64,000 nt of DNA from a candidate division WOR-3 bacterium (GCA_023129325.1 JAGMCI010000017.1:13252-77251); one strand, 5' to 3'; counted from the stretch's first letter, positions 32,054-39,437 are shown. The notes: generated by a model not told the origin, from the sequence alone. Translations and numbers: made by a program.

Positions 32054-34732
32054 ATGACTTATAATTTTAAAGATATTGAGGCAAGACAACAAAAGTATTG
32101 GGACCATATTGGGCTCCCTGCTCCTCCTAAAGTTCCACACAAAAAATATTATATCTTAGAGATGTATCCTTATCCTTCAGGTGACCTTCATATGGGGCAT
32201 CTTAAAAATTATGTGATAGGAGATACATTAACAAGATATAAACTAATGTGTGGATATGATATACTTCATCCTATAGGCTGGGATGCCTTTGGTCTACCTG
32301 CAGAAGAGTGTGCGATTGAGCAAGGCGTGGACCCGGAAAAATGGACTCTCCATAATATTCAAGTTTCTCGCTCAACATTCCGCCTTATGGGTATGTTATA
32401 TGATTGGGATAGAGAGATTACTACTTGCCTTCCAGATTATTATAAATGGACACAATGGTTATTTCTAAAATTATATGAACATGGCTTGGTATATCGTAAA
32501 AAAGCGTTCCAAAATTGGTGCCCTCACTGTCAGACAGTGCTTGCAAATGAACAAGTTGAGGCTGGAAGATGCTGGAGATGCGAAACCCCAGTGAGGAGAA
32601 AAGAACTAAAACAATGGTTCTTTAAAATTACCCAGTATGCTGAAAGATTGTTGACAGATATAAATAAACTCAACGGCTGGCCTGAACGAGTTAAGACACT
32701 GCAAAAAAATTGGATTGGTAAATCTGAAGGCTTGGAAATAGATTTCTCTTTACCTGCCCCGCTCCGACAAGCGAAGCGGGACGGAGATGGCAAGAAGATA
32801 CCAATATTTACTACAAGACCTGATACAATTTATGGAGTAACATTTATAGCAATTGCTCCAGAAAACGAACTTGCAAAGAGCCTTGGTAGAAACTCAAATT
32901 CAAAAAAAGAAGTCTTAAAATACATTGAAAATTCACTAAAACGAACAGAGATTGAAAGAACTTCATCAACCCGAGTTAAAGATGGAGTGAATACAGGCAA
33001 ATATGTGATTAATCCATTATCAGGTAAAAAAGCCGAAATATGGATTGCTGATTATGTCCTACCCTCCTATGGAACTGGCGTTGTAATGGGTGTCCCTGCT
33101 CACGACCAGAGAGATTTTGAATTTGCAAAGAAATACAAGATACCAATTGAAGTTGTTATTCAACCTAAAGGAGTAGGGGCGCATAGCGGCTCGACTGAGG
33201 CTTCCGTTGAGTCAGCCGAAACGCTCGCGACTCGACTGAGGCTTCCGTTGAGTCAGCCGAAACGCTCGTCGAAGCCCGAAGTCAATACGCCCCTACAAAA
33301 TATAAAACAGGCTTATGCCGAACCAGGAGTGATGATAAATTCGGGTCAGTTTAACGGTCTGGATTCAGTCAAAGGAGTAGAAAAAATAATTAAATTTGTG
33401 ACCCAAAACGGAATTGGAAGACGAAAAGTAAATTATAGGTTAAGAGATTGGTTAATATCACGCCAAAGATATTGGGGAGCACCTATTCCAATGATTCATT
33501 GTAAAAAGTGTGGAGTTGTTCCTGTTCCCTTTCATAACCTTCCAGTATACCTTCCAAAACAGGGAATCGATTTCACTCCAAAGGGAAAGTCTCCTCTTTC
33601 TTCAGTCCCTGATTTTATCAACACTAAGTGCCCAAAGTGCGGAAACCCTGCAACCCGAGACCCCGATACTATGGATACCTTTGTGGACTCTGCTTGGTAT
33701 GAGATTAGATACTTAGACCCCAAAAATGAACAAGCTCTTGTCTCAAAAAAGGAAGCCGAAAAATGGCTCCCAGTTGATCAATATATTGGAGGAGTGGAAT
33801 ATGCAACTACCCATCTCCTTTATTTTCGGTTTATCACAAAGTTTCTCTATGATATTGGAGTCCTCCCAGTAGATGAGCCAGTTGAAAATCTCTTTAATCA
33901 GGGGTTGATAAAAGATGAAACCGGGCAAAAGATGTCGAAATCAAAAGGCAATGCTGTCCCAGTAGGCCCATTTCTTAAAGAATGGGGGGCAGATATAGCA
34001 AGACTTACCATTTTATTCCTGGGACCTCCTTCTAAAGATGGAATATGGTCAGTAAAGGGCATACAAGGAGTAAGTAGATTTCTAAATAGAGTATATAAGC
34101 TTGTAAATGAAAATGCTTCTGTAGGGGCGTATGGCGACTCGACTGAGGCTTCCGTTGAGTCAGCCGAAACGCTCGCGACTCGACTGAGGCTTCCGTTGAG
34201 TCAGCCGAAACGCTCGTCGAAGTCCGAAGTCAATATGCCCCTACAAGAGGAGGAAAATTTTAAAAATACACCACTTTATAGGAAGCTTAATCTTACAATA
34301 TCAAAAGTGGAAGAGGACCTCAACTCTTTTGGATATAATACTGCTATAGCATCGCTTATGGAATTTACAAATGAACTTTATAAAACTCAAGAAAGAGGTT
34401 CCATTTTTGGGTACTCTTTAGGAGTGCTAATAAAACTACTCGCCCCATTTGCTCCCCATCTGTCTGAAGAGCTATGGCATGAGCTCGCCCATACGGGTTC
34501 AGTATTTAAATCCTGCTGGCCTGGTTGGAAAGAGGTAGAGGCAAAAAAAGTCACATTAGTGATTGAAATTAATGGAAAGCCAAGAGCTACAGTTGAGATT
34601 CCTTATGATTTAGGAGAGGAAGAAGTGAAAAAAGTTTGCTTGCATAATACTCGTATAGAAGGAAGAATTAAAGGAAAAAATATTAAAAAAATTATATTTG
34701 TTCAAAACAAGCTTATTAATTTTGTAATGTAA
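32054..34732 (+). CDS. leuS: leucine--tRNA ligase
   Basis: HIGH motif PYPSGDLHMGHLKNY, KMSKS motif QKMSKSKGN, and TTRPDTIYGVTF at the editing-domain entry. The ORF is intact despite three in-frame repeat insertions. Confidence 0.95.
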   Translation: MTYNFKDIEARQQKYWDHIGLPAPPKVPHKKYYILEMYPYPSGDLHMGHLKNYVIGDTLTRYKLMCGYDILHPIGWDAFGLPAEECAIEQGVDPEKWTLHNIQVSRSTFRLMGMLYDWDREITTCLPDYYKWTQWLFLKLYEHGLVYRKKAFQNWCPHCQTVLANEQVEAGRCWRCETPVRRKELKQWFFKITQYAERLLTDINKLNGWPERVKTLQKNWIGKSEGLEIDFSLPAPLRQAKRDGDGKKIPIFTTRPDTIYGVTFIAIAPENELAKSLGRNSNSKKEVLKYIENSLKRTEIERTSSTRVKDGVNTGKYVINPLSGKKAEIWIADYVLPSYGTGVVMGVPAHDQRDFEFAKKYKIPIEVVIQPKGVGAHSGSTEASVESAETLATRLRLPLSQPKRSSKPEVNTPLQNIKQAYAEPGVMINSGQFNGLDSVKGVEKIIKFVTQNGIGRRKVNYRLRDWLISRQRYWGAPIPMIHCKKCGVVPVPFHNLPVYLPKQGIDFTPKGKSPLSSVPDFINTKCPKCGNPATRDPDTMDTFVDSAWYEIRYLDPKNEQALVSKKEAEKWLPVDQYIGGVEYATTHLLYFRFITKFLYDIGVLPVDEPVENLFNQGLIKDETGQKMSKSKGNAVPVGPFLKEWGADIARLTILFLGPPSKDGIWSVKGIQGVSRFLNRVYKLVNENASVGAYGDSTEASVESAETLATRLRLPLSQPKRSSKSEVNMPLQEEENFKNTPLYRKLNLTISKVEEDLNSFGYNTAIASLMEFTNELYKTQERGSIFGYSLGVLIKLLAPFAPHLSEELWHELAHTGSVFKSCWPGWKEVEAKKVTLVIEINGKPRATVEIPYDLGEEEVKKVCLHNTRIEGRIKGKNIKKIIFVQNKLINFVM
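32751..32794. repeat. same family, in frame in leuS
   Basis: TACCTGCCCCGCTCCGACAAGCGAAGCGGGACGGAG encodes LPAPLRQAKRDGDGK. Confidence 0.85.
33173..33296 (+). repeat. 124-nt GTAGGGGCG...CGCCCCTAC element in frame in leuS (copy 1)
   Basis: Inverted termini GTAGGGGCGCAT / AATACGCCCCTAC. Internal 41-nt unit (CTCGACTGAGGCTTCCGTTGAGTCAGCCGAAACGCTCG plus 3 nt) present twice. Confidence 0.9.
34121..34244 (+). repeat. 124-nt GTAGGGGCG...GCCCCTAC element in frame in leuS (copy 2)
   Basis: By my alignment it differs from copy 1 at 5 of 124 positions. Same orientation and same reading frame. Confidence 0.9.
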
Positions 34733-34771
34733 ATAAAGGAAACGGATTGATATTTAATATTTAATTTTATT

Positions 34772-35851
34772 ATGGAGTTTGTGGTAAATAAGATTGAAGA
34801 TTTAGATAAAAATTTACCCTCCAATGTGAAAAGAGTTAGAATAAACCTTCCTAATCTTGACTCAGCTGATATTGTTAATTTTGTTTCTAAGTACTTATCT
34901 TGTCTGTCTGCCCGACGTCCTGCAGGCGGGCAGGCGGGCAGGCGGGCAGGCGGGCGAATTAAAGCAAATATATCTGAACAGTCCCGACTTCAGTCGGGAT
35001 TAAGAGAGGACAGGACAATTCAGGAAGTGTGGTTAAAAAGTGATAAGTTTCCTATACTTTTAAAAAATGGGTATTTAATATTCTTCTCCAAAGGCGGGTC
35101 CCTGTCCGACAGATGGCTCGCCTCGCTGAAGCTTTGGCGAAGCGGGCAGGCGGGCGCCTCTGGCGGAAAAAACCACTCCAATGAGGTTAAGACTGGTGGG
35201 AAAAGAGGATTAGATATTTTTATAAGTAGTTTGATGCTTGGCATTTCTTTTCCTATTTTGCTTGTGAGTTCTATTCTTATAAAACTTACTTCTAAGGGGC
35301 CAGTCTTGTTCCGTCAATCCCGGATTGGCGTTAATGGAAAGTTATTTAATTTTTATAAATTTAGGACGATGCATTGTTCTAATCCATTAACCGATAGAGA
35401 TATACATCGCAATTATATAAAAAAATCTATACTTGGTAGCAATTCAGGACAATCTGTCTCTCAAACTCTTGATAAAACCAGAGCGGCAAACAAGAGAGTT
35501 TACAAATTGACCAATGACCCCAGAATAACCCCCGTTGGGAGATGGCTGAGAAAACTATCAATAGATGAACTTCCACAATTGATAAATGTCTTAAAAGGTG
35601 ATATGAGTCTCATAGGACCTCGGCCTCCAATACCTTACGAAGTTAAATTATACAGTGATTGGCACTATGTTAGGCTAATTGCCCGTCCTGGCATAACCGG
35701 GCTCTGGCAAGTTATGGGGAGAAGTCTTATTCCCTTTAATCAGATGGTATTACTTGACTTTTACTATGCAGTAAATCAATCATTTTGGTTAGACTTGAGA
35801 ATATTTTTACGCACTATCCCAATGGTCTTGTCATTGAAAGGAGCGTATTAA
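34772..35851 (+). CDS. bacterial sugar transferase (polyprenyl-phosphate sugar-1-phosphate transferase family) with repeat-rich N-terminal extension
   Basis: KRGLDIFISSLMLGISFPILLVSSILIKLTSKGPVLFRQSRIG...FYKFRTM...DPRITPVGRWLRKLSIDELPQLINVLKGDMSLIGPRPP. Confidence 0.8.
   Translation: MEFVVNKIEDLDKNLPSNVKRVRINLPNLDSADIVNFVSKYLSCLSARRPAGGQAGRRAGGRIKANISEQSRLQSGLREDRTIQEVWLKSDKFPILLKNGYLIFFSKGGSLSDRWLASLKLWRSGQAGASGGKNHSNEVKTGGKRGLDIFISSLMLGISFPILLVSSILIKLTSKGPVLFRQSRIGVNGKLFNFYKFRTMHCSNPLTDRDIHRNYIKKSILGSNSGQSVSQTLDKTRAANKRVYKLTNDPRITPVGRWLRKLSIDELPQLINVLKGDMSLIGPRPPIPYEVKLYSDWHYVRLIARPGITGLWQVMGRSLIPFNQMVLLDFYYAVNQSFWLDLRIFLRTIPMVLSLKGAY
34908..34954. repeat. CTGCCCGACGTCCTGCAGGCGGG element followed by (CAGGCGGG)x4 perfect octamer tandem, in frame in the sugar transferase
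   Basis: Four perfect octamer units at 34923-34954. It encodes SARRPAGGQAGRRAGGR. Confidence 0.85.
34982..34999. repeat. 7-bp-stem hairpin in frame in the sugar transferase
   Basis: TCCCGAC-TTCA-GTCGGGA. Confidence 0.6.
35117..35156. repeat. GCCCGCTTCGCC / CAGCGAGGCGAG-family element in frame in the sugar transferase
   Basis: CTCGCCTCGCTGAAGCTTTGGCGAAGCGGGCAGGCGGGCG encodes ASLKLWRSGQAGA. Confidence 0.8.
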
Positions 35852-36523
35852 ATGGCAGTGAGGATTGGAAAATCAGTAAAAATATATCCGGGAGTGAAAT
35901 TAGGGAACGGTTGTGTAATTTATGATTTTGTTGTTCTTGGTTTTCCACCACGAAATAAAATGGTAGGGGCGTATAGCGATACGTCCCTACAGATTGGGGA
36001 AAATGCTATTATACGACCATTTACCACTATATATGCGGGTAACCGTATAGGTGACAACTTCCAGAGCGGACAAGGAACAAGTATTAGAGAGGATAATATA
36101 ATTGGCAATAATGTGAGCGTAGGTAGCAATACTACACTTGAATTCGGAAACCGTATTGGTTCAGGGACAAGAATTCACTCTTTGTGCTTCCTTGAGCTTG
36201 TTAATGTAGGGGAAAATGTTTTTATTGGTCCAGGTACAGTTTTTCTTGATGACCCTCATCCTATGAATTGTCCCAGATATCGTGAATGTCTGGGAGGTGC
36301 AAAAGTTAAGAAACTTGTTAAGATTGGTGGAGGATGTATTATCCTTCCAGGAATTACTATTGGAGAAGCTGCTCTTATAGGAGCTGGAACTTGTGTGACT
36401 AAAGATGTTCCAAAAGGAGTAGTTGTTGTTGGACATCCAGGCAAGTTTGTTAAGAAGATTGAAGAACTTAAGTGCTATCCAGGGTTTTTTAAACGTCCTT
36501 ACCTTTGGAAGCCATATATATAA
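35852..36523 (+). CDS. left-handed beta-helix (hexapeptide repeat) sugar N-acetyltransferase
   Basis: Imperfect hexapeptide repeats run through most of the protein (IGDNFQSGQGTSIREDNIIGNNVSVGSNTTLE...). The ATG directly follows the upstream stop. Confidence 0.75.
   Translation: MAVRIGKSVKIYPGVKLGNGCVIYDFVVLGFPPRNKMVGAYSDTSLQIGENAIIRPFTTIYAGNRIGDNFQSGQGTSIREDNIIGNNVSVGSNTTLEFGNRIGSGTRIHSLCFLELVNVGENVFIGPGTVFLDDPHPMNCPRYRECLGGAKVKKLVKIGGGCIILPGITIGEAALIGAGTCVTKDVPKGVVVVGHPGKFVKKIEELKCYPGFFKRPYLWKPYI
35963..35990. repeat. minimal GTAGGGGC element (termini only) in frame in the acetyltransferase gene
   Basis: GTAGGGGCGTAT-AGCG-ATACGTCCCTAC encodes VGAYSDTSLQ. Confidence 0.8.
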
Positions 36524-36530
36524 TTCCTCA

Positions 36531-36555
36531 AAAACACGGAAAACCACGGAAATCC
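36531..36555. repeat. 2x 10-nt AAAMCACGGA units
   Basis: AAAACACGGA AAACCACGGA AATCC, related to 55108-55140. Confidence 0.6.
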
Positions 36556-36556
36556 C

Positions 36557-36622
36557 TACCTGCCCCGCTCCGACAAGCGAAGCGGGACGGAGACGGCAGG
36601 CAGGTATTTTTTTCTTTTTTTT
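36557..36622 (+). terminator. Rho-independent terminator built from a CCGCTCCGACAAGCGAAGCGGGACGG-family repeat copy
   Basis: Outer stem TACCTGCC / GGCAGGTA encloses the repeat core and is followed by TTTTTTTCTTTTTTTT. It lies 34 nt after the acetyltransferase stop. Confidence 0.7.
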
Positions 36623-36631
36623 AAAAAAAAG

Positions 36632-36659
36632 TTGACAACAGATTTAATTATGCTATCAT
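36632..36659 (+). promoter_or_regulatory. sigma70-like promoter TTGACA-16-TATCAT; ATG 8 nt downstream (leaderless)
   Basis: TTGACA at 36632-36637, TATCAT at 36654-36659, ATG at 36667. It directly follows the terminator-like repeat. Confidence 0.55.
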
Positions 36660-36666
36660 TGATAGC

Positions 36667-37698
36667 ATGATAACAACAGCTATTATTGGATGTGGGTATT
36701 GGGGATTAAATATAGTAAGGACTTTATATGAGAACCCTAATTGCATATTGAAATATTGTTGTGATATAGATGAAAAAAAACTTGCTAATATTCTGAGTCA
36801 ATATCCAGAAGTAAGAATAACCAGATATAGCGAAGAAGTGTTTAATGATAAAGGTGTTCAAGCTGTATTTATAGCAACTCCGCTTAGCTGGCATTATCCA
36901 TTGGCGAAAGAAGGGCTACTTGCTAAAAAAGCTATCTTTGTTGAGAAACCTTTTGTTATGAATGTTGAACAAGGGAAAAAACTTGTCAAATTATCAGAGC
37001 AAAACAAAGTTCCTCTTGCAGTGGGCCACATTTTTGAATATGCTCCTCCCGTTATAAAAATTAAAGAACTCTTGGATAAAGATGAAATAGGGGATATCTA
37101 TTATATTTCTTCTACCAGAGTAAATCTTGGAATTCATCGAAAAGATGGGTCTGTTGTCTGGGACCTTGCTTCTCACGACCTCTCCATGATTTTTTATTGG
37201 CTTGAAGAAGAGCCAATATCAATTCAAGTTACAGGGAAAGAGTCCATAATAAAAGGAAAGCCAGATATAGCTTTTCTTACACTAAGATTCCCATCAGATA
37301 TACTTGTCAATATACAAGTTTCATGGCTTGCACCAAGTAAATTAAGAAATACTGTAATTGTGGGTTCAAAAAAGATGATTATCTATGATGATACAAATCA
37401 ACTTGAAAAAGTAAAAATTTTTGATAAGGGAATTTCTAAGCTTGAACATTCAAGTTTTGGAGAATTTCAGTTATCTTATCGCACAGGAGATATTACAGTT
37501 CCAGTTTTATCCAATGCAGAACCTCTTAGACAAGAAATTAATCATTTCTTGAAATGTGTTGAATTTAATCAGACTCCCAAAACTGATGGGAATTCAGGTA
37601 TAAGAGTTGTTAAATATCTTGAGCTTGCCGAACAATCTTTAAAAAGTAACGGAAAAACAATTACTGTCAACTCAAAAAACAAATGCCTACCTGCCTGA
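36667..37698 (+). CDS. Gfo/Idh/MocA family NAD(P)-dependent oxidoreductase (nucleotide-sugar dehydrogenase-like)
   Basis: N-terminal Rossmann AIIGCGYWGLNIVR and EKP motif FVEKPF. It sits in a sugar-modification context. Confidence 0.8.
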   Translation: MITTAIIGCGYWGLNIVRTLYENPNCILKYCCDIDEKKLANILSQYPEVRITRYSEEVFNDKGVQAVFIATPLSWHYPLAKEGLLAKKAIFVEKPFVMNVEQGKKLVKLSEQNKVPLAVGHIFEYAPPVIKIKELLDKDEIGDIYYISSTRVNLGIHRKDGSVVWDLASHDLSMIFYWLEEEPISIQVTGKESIIKGKPDIAFLTLRFPSDILVNIQVSWLAPSKLRNTVIVGSKKMIIYDDTNQLEKVKIFDKGISKLEHSSFGEFQLSYRTGDITVPVLSNAEPLRQEINHFLKCVEFNQTPKTDGNSGIRVVKYLELAEQSLKSNGKTITVNSKNKCLPA

Positions 37699-37722
37699 CG
37701 GTGAGTAGGAAAGTCTAAAATT

Positions 37723-37763
37723 CCTAAATGCTTAAAATTCAGGCATTTAGGTATTTTTCTTTT
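37723..37763 (+). terminator. Rho-independent terminator after the oxidoreductase gene
   Basis: Stem CCTAAATGC (37723-31) / GCATTTAGG (37743-51) followed by TATTTTTCTTTT. Confidence 0.7.
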
Positions 37764-37765
37764 AT

Positions 37766-37855
37766 GGAGAGGTGTCCGAGTTGGTTTAAGGAGCACGATT
37801 GGAAATCGTGTGGCCTCAGAAATGGGGCTCGCGGGTTCGAATCCCGCCCTCTCCG
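37766..37855 (+). tRNA. tRNA-Ser (anticodon GGA), type II with long variable arm
   Basis: Hand-folded. Acceptor GGAGAGG/CCTCTCC, D-arm TCC...GGA, anticodon stem CACGA/TCGTG with loop TTGGAAA, long variable arm TGGCCTCAGAAATGGGGCTC, T-arm GCGGG-TTCGAAT-CCCGC, discriminator G. No encoded CCA. Confidence 0.9.
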
Positions 37856-37863
37856 TTTTTAAT

Positions 37864-37996
37864 ATCAAAAATTAAAATGCAAAAATCAAAATTATTGTAG
37901 GCACGATTTCAAATCGCACAGGCAATTTATGATTAAGATTAAAAAAGTTTTGCTTTTTAATATGTGATTTTGATATTTGATTTTTGATATTTAATA
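37864..37996. repeat. inverted ATCAAAA / TTTTGAT heptamer arrays flanking the TGTAGGCAC hairpin
   Basis: Left array at 37864-37891 and right array at 37948-37996. Confidence 0.75.
37896..37924. repeat. TGTAGGCAC-family hairpin (short)
   Basis: TGTAGGCACGATTTCAAATCGCACAGGCA, flanked by inverted ATCAAAA / TTTTGAT arrays. Confidence 0.8.
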
Positions 37997-38006
37997 TTCT
38001 TTAATT

Positions 38007-39428
38007 ATGCTCTCAACTATAAAGGCTCAACTTAAGCCCTTTATGCCATTGTTACTTAAAGCAAAGGAACCATGGCTTGTTGGGGGTGCAATTAGAGATG
38101 CTATCATTACTTCCCACTTCTCACTTCCTACTTCCCACTTCAAAGATTTTGATTTTGCCATCAAAGGTTCAGGAATAGAATTTGCACGCTGGTTTGCACA
38201 TAAGATTTGTGCCGGAGACACATCCGCCTCCGGCATAAAGGGAAGCTTTGTTTTACTTGATTCTGAAAATGACGAAGCAAGAGTCGTGGTAAAAATCAGA
38301 AATCAGAAGTCAGAAGTCAGAAATCTTACTTTTGATTTTAATGGAATGAAGTCTATTGAGGAAGACCTTTCCCGGCGCGATTTTAGACTAAATGCCATGG
38401 CAGCAAAATTACCTGAATTTAAAATACTTGACCCATTTAAGGGCATAGAGGATATAAAGAAAAAGAGACTCAGAATGGTTTCTGAAAAATGCTTTAAAGA
38501 AGATGCACTGAGAATACTTAGAGGATTTAGATTAGAAGCAACACTTGGCTTTAAAATAACTCCTAAAACTCTTGAAGTCATGAGACTTCATAAAAATTTA
38601 CTCTTCAAAATTGCACCTGAAAGAATAAGAGAAGAGCTTTTCCTTCTTCTTAAAGCTAAGAATTGTTACAGAACCTTACGACATATGGCCAGACTTGAAA
38701 TACTTGATGTCATAATTCCGGAGACCACTCCTATGAGAGAGGTACCATCCCGATTTATCGGGAGTGGCAACTTGCTTGACCATTCAATGTTAACTGTTAA
38801 AAAGGTTGAGGACTTAGAAGCATCTGAGGACTTTAGCCCTTGGTTTAGTGAATATCTTAGAAAAAAATTACCTGTCCTAAAGTTAGCTGCTTTATTGCAC
38901 GATATTGGTAAACCATATTGCTATACTAAGAATGAATCAGGAAAAGTGCACTTTTATGGTCATGAAAAAAAGGGGATAGAACTTCTCGTAGGAATTCGTG
39001 ACCGTCTTAGATTGAGCCATAAGGAATTTAAGACCCTTCAGTTGCTTATTCATTATCATATGCGACCTCATCTTTTAGCCAGAGAGCGTTATCCAACTGA
39101 CAAAGCAATATGGAAATTTATAAGAGATGGCGGTGAAGAAGCGCAAGGCATTCTTTTGCTCGCTTATGCGGATGCCTTGGCATCTGGAAGAAGAGGAAGG
39201 AAAGGGCTTCTTAAATTACTTGATAGAGGGATAAAGATGCAAGCAGAATTCAATCGTCCTAAATTCAAACCTTTATTAACAGGTAATGATTTGATCTCTC
39301 TTGGACTCAAGCCAGGTCCCAAGTTTAAGGAAATTCTACAGATAGTAGGAGAGATGCAAGTGAGTGGCGAACTCCATACTACCAATCAAGCCCTACAATT
39401 TGTTAAGAAAAACTTCCTCGCCTCGTAA
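38007..39428 (+). CDS. cca: CCA-adding enzyme / poly(A) polymerase family nucleotidyltransferase with HD domain
   Basis: LVGGAIRD...DFDFAI (GGxxRD / DxD head domain), RRDFRLNAMA, and HD region LHDIGKP...YGHEKKG. Confidence 0.8.
   Translation: MLSTIKAQLKPFMPLLLKAKEPWLVGGAIRDAIITSHFSLPTSHFKDFDFAIKGSGIEFARWFAHKICAGDTSASGIKGSFVLLDSENDEARVVVKIRNQKSEVRNLTFDFNGMKSIEEDLSRRDFRLNAMAAKLPEFKILDPFKGIEDIKKKRLRMVSEKCFKEDALRILRGFRLEATLGFKITPKTLEVMRLHKNLLFKIAPERIREELFLLLKAKNCYRTLRHMARLEILDVIIPETTPMREVPSRFIGSGNLLDHSMLTVKKVEDLEASEDFSPWFSEYLRKKLPVLKLAALLHDIGKPYCYTKNESGKVHFYGHEKKGIELLVGIRDRLRLSHKEFKTLQLLIHYHMRPHLLARERYPTDKAIWKFIRDGGEEAQGILLLAYADALASGRRGRKGLLKLLDRGIKMQAEFNRPKFKPLLTGNDLISLGLKPGPKFKEILQIVGEMQVSGELHTTNQALQFVKKNFLAS
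38110..38141 (+). repeat. ACTTC-family heptamers in frame in cca between GGxxRD and DxD
   Basis: TTCCCACTTCTCACTTCCTACTTCCCACTTC encodes TSHFSLPTSHF. Confidence 0.85.
38293..38324 (+). repeat. (AATCAGA/AGTCAGA)x4 heptamers in frame in cca
   Basis: It encodes IRNQKSEVRN. Confidence 0.85.
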
Positions 39429-39437
39429 CTGAAAATC

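Noticed and set aside
33173-33296. The 124-nt leuS inserts as introns, inteins or a programmed frameshift
   Set aside because: They are too short for a group I/II intron or an intein. They lack intein splice-junction blocks, stay in frame and have no stop codons. The simplest reading is translated insertions. RNA data would be needed for certainty.
36161-36547. 128-aa minus-strand ORF and other antisense ORFs inside the acetyltransferase gene
   Set aside because: The sense strand has a continuous hexapeptide-repeat protein. The antisense frames are low-complexity.
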